Shown piece by piece: positions 27,750 through 36,872 of a stretch of DNA of 64,000 nt. Numbering within the stretch: position 1 is the first letter of the stretch; each line of letters begins with the position of its first letter. The position numbers were made by a program, and so were the translations under genes. Under the pieces are notes generated by a model that saw nothing but the letters and a program-made list of their open reading frames with translations, made no database searches and was not told the origin of the DNA. This stretch comes from an uncultured Desulfobacter sp. Its GTDB lineage: Bacteria > Desulfobacterota > Desulfobacteria > Desulfobacterales > Desulfobacteraceae. Location: positions 5,664,001 through 5,728,000 of the forward strand of contig OY762069.1 of the NCBI GenBank assembly GCA_963665095.1, read 5' to 3'.

Positions 27750-29045
27750 TCACAAAAGGCCTGTCAGATCAAAACTTTCGGATTTACCCAGGGTGAGAAT
27801 AAAGCGTTTGAGCAGTTCTTTGTCAAAACAGTGGGCCATGCCCTGATCCCGCAGTTTTACCCGGGCTTCCACCCGCTTTGCCGCCTCCTCTTCAAGCATC
27901 TGGCGCTCTCTTAAACGTCTCAGTTTTGCATCGTAATCATCCCGGACAAGGGTTGTGACAGGAGGGCGTATATTTTCCACAGCCTCGGCTTCAAACAGTT
28001 TTAATTTATCAAGATAGGGATTCTTACCAGCCATGATTTTTAGCGCCTCAAGCGGGGTTTTGCCTTTTTTATAAGGTCTTGCCGAAGTCAGTGCGTCAAA
28101 CACATCAGCAATATGGCTGATCTTTGCAGGCAGGGGGATCTGGTCTCCGGTGAGTCCACAGGGATATCCACTGCCGTCTTCATTTTCATGATGGTATAAA
28201 ATAGCCTCTATGGTCTCTTTTGGCAGCGCCTTGTCAAACAGCAGGGCCACGCCATAGGCCGGATGCGACTGCATTAAAACATACTCAAGGTTATTCAGGC
28301 GTCCCGGCTTGTGAATCACATTTTCAGGAATCTTCACCTTGCCAAGATCATGGAGAAAACCTGCCACAGATGCCTGAAGCAGCATCTGTTTCAACGTCTT
28401 TTTATCAGGATGGCCGAAAAGATCCTGGTTGGCATTGATAAACACGGCACCCAGCCAGCCCACCTTGACGGAATGGGTATGGGTATCGTAGTCATGGCCG
28501 ATCATGGAGGCAATGCCCTTTAAAGACTCCATGCTGGACAAAAAACCAAGGGCACGGGACACCAGTTTTTCCAAGTTGACAATGGTTTCACTGATCTTTG
28601 CCTCCGGAACAAACGGTGCGGCAAAGGTCTCCTTGATAACATCCGTGGAAAGCGCCACAAGAATATCTGTTTTCTTTTTTGTCTCAATGCCGTCATGACC
28701 AAGAATAAATTCTATATTATCCCTGACGTACTCTTTATAATCCTGAAGCTCATTTTTATGAATATAAACGGTATCCCATTTATCCAGCATGGATTTAAGA
28801 CGCGAAACGTCAATGGCCCGGGTATCAACCAGCAGGCAGCGGAATCTGGAAATCCCGTTTTTCGGAGGGTACCGTTCAAACAGTGAAAAATCGGTTAGAG
28901 AGGCTGGATTTATGGATAAAGGATCAACAGCCATAAAGGAACTGCCGTCATCATAGTATTCGGGTGCCAGGCCCATATCATCTGCTCCTAAATCTATAGC
29001 ACTATCTGGGGTGGGGCCGCTTCCCCAAATCGTCACTGTCCCCAA
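27750..29045 (-). CDS. HD-GYP domain phosphodiesterase
   Basis: 'HDLGK', 'HHENEDGSGYP', 'IADVFDALT..RPYK'; start uncertain. Confidence 0.88.
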   Translation of the reverse strand: MGTVTIWGSGPTPDSAIDLGADDMGLAPEYYDDGSSFMAVDPLSINPASLTDFSLFERYPPKNGISRFRCLLVDTRAIDVSRLKSMLDKWDTVYIHKNELQDYKEYVRDNIEFILGHDGIETKKKTDILVALSTDVIKETFAAPFVPEAKISETIVNLEKLVSRALGFLSSMESLKGIASMIGHDYDTHTHSVKVGWLGAVFINANQDLFGHPDKKTLKQMLLQASVAGFLHDLGKVKIPENVIHKPGRLNNLEYVLMQSHPAYGVALLFDKALPKETIEAILYHHENEDGSGYPCGLTGDQIPLPAKISHIADVFDALTSARPYKKGKTPLEALKIMAGKNPYLDKLKLFEAEAVENIRPPVTTLVRDDYDAKLRRLRERQMLEEEAAKRVEARVKLRDQGMAHCFDKELLKRFILTLGKSESFDLTGLL

Positions 29046-29217
29046 TCGCCATTCCCGGCTTCACGTCTACAAACGGCTTGAAAACCTGATTACTAAAGGA
29101 TTCCTGACAAATAACGAAATAATTATGAAATTAATTACCAGACATCCATATTTATGTAAAGAATGAATACCATAATCTCGTAATGATGGCACCTGCCCAT
29201 TGATTTTAAAAAGATAG

Positions 29218-29246
29218 TTGACACATGCGTTTAGATACTATACTCT
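29218..29246 (+). promoter_or_regulatory. Sigma70-type promoter of marR with overlapping operator
   Basis: TTGACA-17-TACTCT; GTTTAGataCTATAC at 29229-29243. Confidence 0.55.
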
Positions 29247-29253
29247 TTGAGGC

Positions 29254-29715
29254 ATGACAACGGATATCATGAAAATACATGGTAAATTTCAAACGCTTAT
29301 GGACCTGGCCCACCGACTTGACCAGGCACCCAAACAGTTCGGCACAGACCAGAGTATGTCCCATACCGAGATTCACCTGATTGAAATGATTGGAAATAAC
29401 GAAGGTTCAAGTGTCACAGATATTTCCACACTCATGGGTGTTACCAAGGGGGCTGTTTCCCAAACGCTTAAGCGGCTTGAAAAAAAAGGATTCACAATAA
29501 AAAAAACCGATCCGGACAACCTGTCCCGCAACCTGGTTGAACTGACAGCTAAAGGGAAGACCGCCTACTGGGCGCACCGGGACTGGCATGAAACCATGGA
29601 CGGGGGATTCCGGGAGTATCTCCAGAATCTTGATCCTGAGCAGGCTGCAGTAATTCTTGATTTTCTGTGCCGGATTGAAAATTTCCTGACCCGCCGGGTG
29701 GCGTCTCTGGAATAA
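29254..29715 (+). CDS. MarR-family transcriptional regulator
   Basis: 'EIHLIEMIG', 'GVTKGAVSQTLKRLEKKG', 'LTAKG'. Confidence 0.9.
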   Translation: MTTDIMKIHGKFQTLMDLAHRLDQAPKQFGTDQSMSHTEIHLIEMIGNNEGSSVTDISTLMGVTKGAVSQTLKRLEKKGFTIKKTDPDNLSRNLVELTAKGKTAYWAHRDWHETMDGGFREYLQNLDPEQAAVILDFLCRIENFLTRRVASLE

Positions 29716-29766
29716 AAAATTTTAATTCAAGTGTATACCAACTAAACACCAATTTGTGGAGGATTT

Positions 29767-30378
29767 ATGTACAACCCATCATTTCAGGGCGATGTCTGCA
29801 GTTACAGACATGCCTTTGTCCTTGACAACGTTATCAGGCGACTGCTCCAGAGCCCTAAAAAAATTGTCGGGCCCTATATTTCTTCGGGACATACGGTGAT
29901 TGATCTGGGCTGCGGCCCGGGATACTTCACCATTGAGATGGCCAGAATGGTCGGTGAAACCGGCCGGGTTATTGCCGTGGACATCCAGAATGAGATGCTG
30001 GCCAAAGTGGCAGGAAAAGCCGCACTTCTCAACCTTGAAGAGAGAATTTTCTTTCACCACTCAACCCAGGACGCCATTGGCCTTGGGGAAAATGTGACAG
30101 CCGATTTTATTCTGGCCTATTACATGGTTCATGAAACCCGGGATCAAGGGGCATTTTTCTCCCAGATCCGGAACCTGATTGCTGACGACGGGCTGGTTTT
30201 GATCGTGGAGCCCCCCTTTCATGTGACATCCCGGGAATTCGAACAGATGGCCCGGATTGCACAGAAAAGTGGTTTTACAATTGCAGACAGGCCCTCCAGA
30301 AAAGGAGGAAAAAGCCTCTTGCTGGCGGCAGCAGAGCAGCCAGTGGAAACGGAGGCAAACCCAAACAGTACTAATTAG
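29767..30378 (+). CDS. Class I SAM-dependent methyltransferase
   Basis: 'VIDLGCGPG', 'VIAVDIQ.EML'. Confidence 0.9.
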   Translation: MYNPSFQGDVCSYRHAFVLDNVIRRLLQSPKKIVGPYISSGHTVIDLGCGPGYFTIEMARMVGETGRVIAVDIQNEMLAKVAGKAALLNLEERIFFHHSTQDAIGLGENVTADFILAYYMVHETRDQGAFFSQIRNLIADDGLVLIVEPPFHVTSREFEQMARIAQKSGFTIADRPSRKGGKSLLLAAAEQPVETEANPNSTN

Positions 30379-30416
30379 ATTCTAACTATTTGAAAACACA
30401 AAAAATATTTTTCCGC

Positions 30417-30445
30417 TTGACTCCTTTCTTCAACGGGTTTATACA
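30417..30445 (+). promoter_or_regulatory. Sigma70-type promoter upstream of the aromatic leader
   Basis: TTGACT-17-TATACA. Confidence 0.6.
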
Positions 30446-30470
30446 GTCTTGTATAAAGAAGGAATCTTTA

Positions 30471-30551
30471 ATGAATACTCGCAAAACAGACAATTTTTAT
30501 TTTTATTTCTGGTATTATTTTTATACCGGCCTGCCTGTATTGCGATTCTAA
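30471..30551 (+). CDS. Aromatic-amino-acid attenuator leader peptide MNTRKTDNFYFYFWYYFYTGLPVLRF (26 aa)
   Basis: RBS AGAAGGAA, ten consecutive Phe/Tyr/Trp codons, followed by a terminator and the DAHP synthase gene; below the ORF-track size cutoff. Confidence 0.88.
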   Translation: MNTRKTDNFYFYFWYYFYTGLPVLRF

Positions 30552-30564
30552 TTTCTTTACAATT

Positions 30565-30605
30565 AAAAGCTGCAGGCAAACCAATCGCCTGCAGCTTTTT
30601 TATTT
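30565..30605 (+). terminator. Attenuator terminator
   Basis: AAAAGCTGCAGGC-9nt-GCCTGCAGCTTTT then TTATTT; ~40 nt before the DAHP synthase ATG. Confidence 0.85.
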
Positions 30606-30642
30606 CAAGTTTCAGGCGAAAAGCCCGCGAAAGGAATCAGCC

Positions 30643-31689
30643 ATGAAACAGATCAACGATGTCAATGTAGAATCAATTATTGCCCTGACAGCCCCGTCAG
30701 TCATTCTGTCGGAGTTCCCCGCTTCCGAACAGACCCGGAACAGTGTTGTCCAAGGCCGCAGGGAGATCGAAAACATCCTGACAGGGGAAGACAAACGCCT
30801 GATGGTGATTGCAGGCCCGTGCTCCATCCATGATACAGAAGCTGCCATGGAATATGGCCGGAAAATGAAAGCGCTGCGCGACGATGTGAAAGACAGAATC
30901 TGCCTGGTCATGCGGGTTTATTTTGAAAAGCCAAGAACCACCGTGGGCTGGAAGGGCCTGATCAACGATCCCTTTCTGGATTCATCCTATAATATGGAAG
31001 AAGGACTGAGACGCGCCAGATCCCTGCTCATCAGCATTAATGACCTTGGCCTTCCTACGGCCACCGAAATTCTTGATCCCATCACACCCCAGTACATTGC
31101 AGGACTTTTAAGCTGGGTGGCCATCGGCGCCCGCACCACGGAATCCCAGACCCACAGAGAGATGGCCTCGGGCCTTTCCATGCCTGTAGGTTTCAAAAAC
31201 GGAACCGACGGCACCTTAACCTCTGCCATCAACGCCACCCAGGCCGCAGCAGCCCCCCAGCATTTTCTGGGCATTGACCCGGAAGGCAAGACAGCTGTTG
31301 TATCCACCATGGGCAACCGGTTCGGTCACATTGTGCTTCGCGGGGGAACCTCTCCAAACTATGATCCCGTATCCGTGGGTAAAGCCCAGGACCAGCTGCG
31401 TGAAAAGGGCCTTCTTGATGCGGTCATCATTGACTGTTCCCACGACAACTCCGGCAAAAAATATACCGGCCAGTCCTTTGTATTCAACAGCGTTGTAGAC
31501 CAGCGTCTGGCCGGTAATGACAGAATTGTGGGCCTGATGCTGGAAAGCAACCTCCATGAAGGCAACCAGAAATGCAAATGCACAGGTGACGCCGCCAATC
31601 TCAAATACGGAATCTCCATTACGGATGAGTGCATCTCCTGGGAAACCACGGAAGAGCTGATCCGCTGTGCATTTGATAAATTAGCATGA
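30643..31689 (+). CDS. aroF: 3-deoxy-7-phosphoheptulonate (DAHP) synthase, class I alpha (AroF/G/H; isozyme not assignable)
   Basis: 'GPCSIHD', 'RVYFEKPRTTVGWKGLINDP', 'IGARTTESQ.HREMASG', 'DCSH.NS', 'YGISITD.C'. Confidence 0.95.
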   Translation: MKQINDVNVESIIALTAPSVILSEFPASEQTRNSVVQGRREIENILTGEDKRLMVIAGPCSIHDTEAAMEYGRKMKALRDDVKDRICLVMRVYFEKPRTTVGWKGLINDPFLDSSYNMEEGLRRARSLLISINDLGLPTATEILDPITPQYIAGLLSWVAIGARTTESQTHREMASGLSMPVGFKNGTDGTLTSAINATQAAAAPQHFLGIDPEGKTAVVSTMGNRFGHIVLRGGTSPNYDPVSVGKAQDQLREKGLLDAVIIDCSHDNSGKKYTGQSFVFNSVVDQRLAGNDRIVGLMLESNLHEGNQKCKCTGDAANLKYGISITDECISWETTEELIRCAFDKLA

Positions 31690-31914
31690 CCTTCTCCTGA
31701 TTACCATCGTATACAGCACCAGGCGCTCTGACATACTTCAGACCCCTGGTGCCGGCTTTGCGCCCCGGCTGTCGCATCAACACCTCGGAGTCGCATTTTT
31801 GCGTCTACCCCCTGAAAAACCTTTTTTACCCTGCCCTTGCGTACCCTGAAAAACGGTCTTATTTTCAATACATTGTGCTTAAAATTGTGCATAAACAGGC
31901 CAACTGTTTTTTGA

Positions 31915-31930
31915 TGGCACAGGACTTGCT
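31915..31930 (+). promoter_or_regulatory. Sigma54 (-24/-12) promoter
   Basis: TGGCAC-AGGAC-TTGCT matches the consensus; ~75 nt before ATG 32006. Confidence 0.8.
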
Positions 31931-32005
31931 ATGCTGGAATATACCCCGGACAGGCCGGAAACGGCTCCGGCTGAATACAAAACACCAAGTGTGGAGATAT
32001 AATTA

Positions 32006-32389
32006 ATGAAACAGGCTGTATTGGTAAGCAAAGAGAAAGATCAGTTCCAGGAACTATCGCAGATGTTGAACCGGAACAACATTGATATGAAGTGGGTTGA
32101 CTCAGGAAAAGCGCTATTATCCCAGCTTTCAGAAATGCCTGCCGGACAGTGGGTGGATCTTGTAGTGACTGAAGAACAGTTGGCAGACATGGATGCCAAA
32201 GCGCTTGTTGAGGCGGTGATTGCCCAAAGCCCCATGACCAATTGTGCAGTGGCGGGCACCATGGAGAAAAAAAAGTTCCATGATGTATATGAAGGATACG
32301 GCGTCCTCATGCAGCTGCCGCCCACGCCAGGACAGGCGGATGCCGACCTGCTCGAAGACCACTTGAAAAAAATCAGAGTGATAGGCTGA
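32006..32389 (+). CDS. Receiver-like small protein (orp-operon associated)
   Basis: CheY-like pattern 'DSGKALL..', 'DLVVTEEQLADM' without the canonical phospho-Asp; RBS GGAG. Confidence 0.65.
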   Translation: MKQAVLVSKEKDQFQELSQMLNRNNIDMKWVDSGKALLSQLSEMPAGQWVDLVVTEEQLADMDAKALVEAVIAQSPMTNCAVAGTMEKKKFHDVYEGYGVLMQLPPTPGQADADLLEDHLKKIRVIG

Positions 32390-32425
32390 TCTGCAACGAA
32401 TTTATCCGGCAAGGAGAGTAAATAT

Positions 32426-33280
32426 ATGATTATCAGCATTGCCAGCGGAAAAGGCGGCACAGGGAAAACCACTGTGGCCACCAACCTTTGCGCAAGTCTG
32501 GGTGCAGACCTGACGCTTTTGGACTGCGACGTTGAAGAACCCAATGCCCATCTTTTTTTAAATCCTGTTATCACCGACGAACAAAAGGTGAATGCACCGG
32601 TACCCAAAGTGGATGACACCCTTTGCACCTATTGCAGGAAATGCATGGAGATCTGCAGGTACTCGGCCATTGCCGTGGCAGGAAAGACGGTCGTGACCTT
32701 TCCGGAACTGTGCCACTCCTGCGGCGGCTGCGCAGTTGTCTGTCCTGAAAAGGCCATCACGGAAGTGGAGCGGTTTATCGGTACGGTGGAAACAGGTGAC
32801 CTGTCCACCGGCGCATCATTCGGCCGGGGACTTTTGGATATCGGCCAGGTCATGGCCCCACCGGTGATCCGGCAGGTAAGACAGCTTGAAGGCAAAAAAG
32901 AGCTGACCATCATTGACGCCCCTCCCGGCACCTCCTGTCCGGTGATTGCAGCCATGAAAGGGACTGATTTTGTCCTGCTTGTCACCGAACCCACCCCATT
33001 CGGACTGCATGACCTGAGCCTGGCTGTGGAAGCAGTAAAGCTTTTAGGCATTCCCTATGGCCTTGTCATCAACCGGGCCGGCCTTGGCAATGATGATGTA
33101 AAAACCTATGCCAAAAAAGAAAACCTGCCCATCTTGATGGAGATCCCCTTTGACAAGCGCATTGCCATGGCTTATTCAAAAGGCGAACTTCTGATAGAGG
33201 CCCTGCCCGCATACAAAGAGATGTTTAAAACCCTGTATGAGTCCATTAAATCAATCGTTAACCGGAAAGGGGCTGCCTGA
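32426..33280 (+). CDS. MinD/ParA-type P-loop ATPase with inserted 2x[4Fe-4S] ferredoxin domain
   Basis: 'SGKGGTGKTT', 'DCDVEEPN', two CxxCxxC motifs, 'DAPPGTSCPV', 'VTEPTPFG'. Confidence 0.9.
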   Translation: MIISIASGKGGTGKTTVATNLCASLGADLTLLDCDVEEPNAHLFLNPVITDEQKVNAPVPKVDDTLCTYCRKCMEICRYSAIAVAGKTVVTFPELCHSCGGCAVVCPEKAITEVERFIGTVETGDLSTGASFGRGLLDIGQVMAPPVIRQVRQLEGKKELTIIDAPPGTSCPVIAAMKGTDFVLLVTEPTPFGLHDLSLAVEAVKLLGIPYGLVINRAGLGNDDVKTYAKKENLPILMEIPFDKRIAMAYSKGELLIEALPAYKEMFKTLYESIKSIVNRKGAA

Positions 33281-34179
33281 TGAAAGAACTTGTTATTTTA
33301 AGCGGGAAAGGCGGAACCGGAAAAACCAGCATTACATCAGCTTTTGCAAGCCTTTCCGACAGCATGATGCTTTGTGATGCCGATGTGGATGCAGCTGACC
33401 TGCATCTGATTATGGCCCCGGATGTCCGTGAGACCCATGATTTTGCCGGCGGCTATGAAGCTGAAATTATCCCTGATGCCTGCATCGGCTGCGGCCAGTG
33501 CATGGAGCTGTGCCGGTTTGGCGCGGTGAGCCAGGTGGAAGGGCAGGAGATCTATTACATTAACGGCATTGACTGTGAAGGATGCGGGGTCTGCGCAGAC
33601 CTGTGCCCTGAATCCGCTATTAAATTCGAAGAAAAAATCTGCGGCCAGTGGTTTGCCTCCGACACCCGGTTCGGCCAGATGATCCATGCCCGTTTAGGCG
33701 TTGCCGAAGAGAACTCCGGCCGTCTTGTGGCCCTGGTCAGGGAAGAGGCCCGCAAGAGAGTCCTGGCCAACCGCATTGATCTTCTGATCACAGACGGCCC
33801 TCCGGGTATCGGCTGTCCCGTCATTGCCTCCATGGGCCAGGCCAATGCCGTTCTCATTGTAACGGAACCAACCGTTTCCGGCATCCATGACATGGAGCGC
33901 GTGGCCCAGCTGGCAGCCCATTTCAAAATTCCTGCCATGATCTGTGTCAATAAATATGACCTGAATCCGGAGCAGGCAAAAGCCATTGAAGCCATTGCAG
34001 AAAAACGGCAGTTGAACTTTGTTGGAAAAATTCCCTTTGATCCGGCATTTACAAAAGCCATGGTTCAGGGTAAATCCATCATGGAAACTCATGCGGACAG
34101 CCCGGCGGCCATGGAAATTAAAAACATATGGAACCGGGTCATGGATCATCCGGCCATGAAGATGGACCGGCTGTGCTGA
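33280..34179 (+). CDS. Second P-loop ATPase with ferredoxin domain
   Basis: 'SGKGGTGKTS', 'DADVDAA', 'CIGCGQC', 'CEGCGVC', 'DGPPGIGCPV'. Confidence 0.9.
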   Translation: MKELVILSGKGGTGKTSITSAFASLSDSMMLCDADVDAADLHLIMAPDVRETHDFAGGYEAEIIPDACIGCGQCMELCRFGAVSQVEGQEIYYINGIDCEGCGVCADLCPESAIKFEEKICGQWFASDTRFGQMIHARLGVAEENSGRLVALVREEARKRVLANRIDLLITDGPPGIGCPVIASMGQANAVLIVTEPTVSGIHDMERVAQLAAHFKIPAMICVNKYDLNPEQAKAIEAIAEKRQLNFVGKIPFDPAFTKAMVQGKSIMETHADSPAAMEIKNIWNRVMDHPAMKMDRLC

Positions 34180-34263
34180 TAAAAATGGAAATACGCAAAA
34201 CAAAAAAGGAATCCGTTTCTTTTTAAATTTATATCCATCAAGTAAAAGGAGTAATTAACAATC

Positions 34264-34650
34264 ATGGAAAACGGTAGAATTGCAATCCCCTCCAACGGTG
34301 AAGGCGGCCTCAACGGCACCCGCGCCGGTCATTTCGGACACTGTGACGTATTTACCTTTGTAGATGTCAAAGACGGAAAAATTGAAAATGTATCAACGCT
34401 CCCCAACCAGGAACATGTTCAGGGCGGCTGCATGGTGCCTGTCAACCTCCTGGCCGAGCACCGGGTCAACGCACTGATCGTGGGCGGCATCGGCATGCGT
34501 CCGCTCATGGGCTTCCGCCAGGTGGGCATTGATGTCTATCATGATGACCAGCGTCCGGACATCGAACCGGTTGTTATGGATCTGATTGCAGGCAAACTCA
34601 CCCAGATTAGAAATGACCAGGTCTGCGGCGGTGGCGGCGGCCAAATGTAA
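34264..34650 (+). CDS. NifB/NifX (MTH1175-like) cofactor-binding protein
   Basis: 'RIAIPS', 'HFGHC..F', 'LIVGGIG.RP'. Confidence 0.85.
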   Translation: MENGRIAIPSNGEGGLNGTRAGHFGHCDVFTFVDVKDGKIENVSTLPNQEHVQGGCMVPVNLLAEHRVNALIVGGIGMRPLMGFRQVGIDVYHDDQRPDIEPVVMDLIAGKLTQIRNDQVCGGGGGQM

Positions 34651-34678
34651 CTTCACGTTTCACCATCAGGATAAAACC

Positions 34679-35038
34679 ATGAAAATAGCCATTACATCAA
34701 CAGGAAAAGACCTTGATGCCCAGGTGGACCCCAGATTCGGCCGTGCGGCCTACATCATTGTGGTGGACATCGACACCCTGGATTTTGAGGTCATTGACAA
34801 CTCTGAAAATAAAAATGCCTTCAAGGGTGCCGGCATTACAGCGGCATCCTCGGTCTGTGACAAAGGTGCCAACGTGCTGATCACAGGCTTTTGCGGCCCC
34901 AATGCATTTAAAACCCTTGACAGTGCCGGCGTGAAAGTAGCCAACGATGCCACCGGCACCATCAAAGATGTCATTGAGGACTATAAAGCCGGAAAGTTCA
35001 TCTTTGCCGAAGACGCCAATGCCGAAGGCCACTGGTAA
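34679..35038 (+). CDS. NifB/NifX-family protein, orange protein (ORP)-like
   Basis: 'MKIAITS.G..LDAQVDPRFGRA', 'GAGI.AA', 'TG..GP.AF..L..AG'; start reassigned to 34679. Confidence 0.85.
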   Translation: MKIAITSTGKDLDAQVDPRFGRAAYIIVVDIDTLDFEVIDNSENKNAFKGAGITAASSVCDKGANVLITGFCGPNAFKTLDSAGVKVANDATGTIKDVIEDYKAGKFIFAEDANAEGHW

Positions 35039-35046
35039 ATTGTAAT

Positions 35047-35138
35047 TTGGAGAGCATCCTGTATTGGTGGCATCTTTTTACCCCTATCTTACCCCCGTCT
35101 CATTTAAAAAGGTGCTGCCAGTACAGGGTGTTCTCCAA
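35047..35138 (+). promoter_or_regulatory. 34-bp RNA stem (28 Watson-Crick + 6 G-U pairs) with 24-nt loop
   Basis: 35047-35080 pairs without gaps to 35105-35138. Confidence 0.75.
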
Positions 35139-35159
35139 TAAGTACAAAAAGGAGGCACC

Positions 35160-35414
35160 ATGCCTTTGTATGATTTCCACTGCCCGGAATGCAACCGGAT
35201 TGTTGAACTGCTCATGACCTCCCGGGATGACCAGGCGGTCTGCCCTGAATGTGGTAGTACCGGACTTAAAAAGCTCATGGCAGCCCACTCCAGCTTGTCA
35301 GGCAAATCCGGCAGTTCCATGCCCGGCCCCAATGATACCGCCTGCTGCGGGTCCCGGCCCGGGGAAAAAAGCGGATGTGCCGGCCCTGGTTCCTGCTGCG
35401 GCAGAACCTTTTAG
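35160..35414 (+). CDS. FmdB-family zinc-ribbon protein with Cys-rich tail
   Basis: 'MPLYDFHCPEC', 'CPECGS'; RBS AGGAGG. Confidence 0.88.
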   Translation: MPLYDFHCPECNRIVELLMTSRDDQAVCPECGSTGLKKLMAAHSSLSGKSGSSMPGPNDTACCGSRPGEKSGCAGPGSCCGRTF

Positions 35415-35441
35415 CCCGGTGTTTTCAATTATATTTAAACC

Positions 35442-36710
35442 TTGCCCGAAGCAATTCATAAAAAACCAACCGCCTTTGAAAAACGGGTCAAACGCCGTAT
35501 TTCAGGGCGACCCCATGTTTTTTTTGCCGTATGTCCCCCGGGGCTTGGCCGCATCTGTGAAGCTGAAATTAAAGGTATCAGTGCCAACGCCGCTGAAGAT
35601 GCCTCCTGCAATTACGCCATTACGGATATAAAACAGCTTCCCGGGGGCCTCGAATTCACCACAAGGCTGGATACTGCCTGTCTGATCAACCTGTTATCCG
35701 GCTCTGCCACCCGGATTCTTATGCGAGTGGCTGCATTTAAAGCGGATAATTTCCATAGGCTTGAACAGCAGGTTAAGGGCATTGACTGGGAATTATGCCT
35801 GCCCCGGGATGTCCAACCCGATATCCGGGTAACTACCCATAAATCAAGACTCTACCACTCAGACGCCATTGGTGATCGGATCCATGCCTGGGTTTGTGAA
35901 AAGCTGCAAACTCAAGGGGCTGCAACTGCATCCGGGAAATCCACCCCAAAAGATCTTTCAAAGCCTTGGAATCCGGTTCCCCAGATTATAACGGTACGTG
36001 CAGAAAATGACCGGTTTGAACTCTCCCTGGATATGTCCGGCATCCCTTTATACAAGCGCGGCATTAAAACCCACATTGTCAAAGCCCCTTTGCGTGAAAC
36101 CCTGGCCTTTGCCATACTGACCCGCTTAAACCTCTCCCCAAAAGACACGCTGGCAGACCCCATGTGCGGTTCCGGCTCTTTCAGCTTAGAAGGGGCCATG
36201 ATCCAGCGCAGTCTGCCCCCGGGGATATTTAGAACCTTTGCCTTTGAAGCATGGCCGGGATTTAAAAAAAAGGCCTTTGAGTACGCCAGATCCAGACTTT
36301 TAGACTATGCAGAAAACTGCATTGACACAGATAGCATCCCGCCCATACTGGCCCGGGATCTGGATCAGACCGCTATCAACCACCTGTCTGACACCACCCG
36401 TTTTCACGAAGCATTCCACCGTATCCAGCCGGAATGCGGTGATTTTTTTGACATGAGACCTGAACAGAAAAAAAACGGAGTAGTGGTTTTAAACCCGCCC
36501 TATGGCATCCGGCTTGATAAAGATGAAGACATCACCGGGCTGTACAAAGAGATCGGCCGGAAACTGAAAACAGATTTTAAAGGATTCCGTGCCGGCATTA
36601 TCTGCCCGGACAAAGACAAATTAAAGGCGCTGGATATAGGCCTGTCCCCCATGCCGCTTTTCCACGGCGGCCTGGATCTTTATGCGGCCATCGGCGTGAT
36701 CGGCACATAA
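35442..36710 (+). CDS. THUMP-domain RNA methyltransferase (RlmL-like)
   Basis: 'SRLYHSDA', 'APLRETLA', 'DPMCGSG', 'NPPYG.R'. Confidence 0.88.
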   Translation: MPEAIHKKPTAFEKRVKRRISGRPHVFFAVCPPGLGRICEAEIKGISANAAEDASCNYAITDIKQLPGGLEFTTRLDTACLINLLSGSATRILMRVAAFKADNFHRLEQQVKGIDWELCLPRDVQPDIRVTTHKSRLYHSDAIGDRIHAWVCEKLQTQGAATASGKSTPKDLSKPWNPVPQIITVRAENDRFELSLDMSGIPLYKRGIKTHIVKAPLRETLAFAILTRLNLSPKDTLADPMCGSGSFSLEGAMIQRSLPPGIFRTFAFEAWPGFKKKAFEYARSRLLDYAENCIDTDSIPPILARDLDQTAINHLSDTTRFHEAFHRIQPECGDFFDMRPEQKKNGVVVLNPPYGIRLDKDEDITGLYKEIGRKLKTDFKGFRAGIICPDKDKLKALDIGLSPMPLFHGGLDLYAAIGVIGT

Positions 36711-36872
36711 GCCCGCTTGATCAAATCCGCTGATTTTATTATATTCGCTTAAAAATGATTCCTGCGGCTTTGCGCACCTGGTCAAGAGCAGGATTTTGTA
36801 AAATAGTCTACTCTTCCGGATACGGAAACAAGCCGCCCGGTTTATTAATCTGCTGTGTAGGAGTAAATTGTC

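Noticed and set aside
30449..30646. 65-aa ORF from the track upstream of DAHP synthase
   Set aside because: Different frame from the RBS-supported leader peptide and runs through the terminator
32426..35038. Nitrogen-fixation genes (NifH/NifB/NifX-like)
   Set aside because: ATPases have ferredoxin insertions and lack NifH motifs; no nifDK; layout matches orp-type operons
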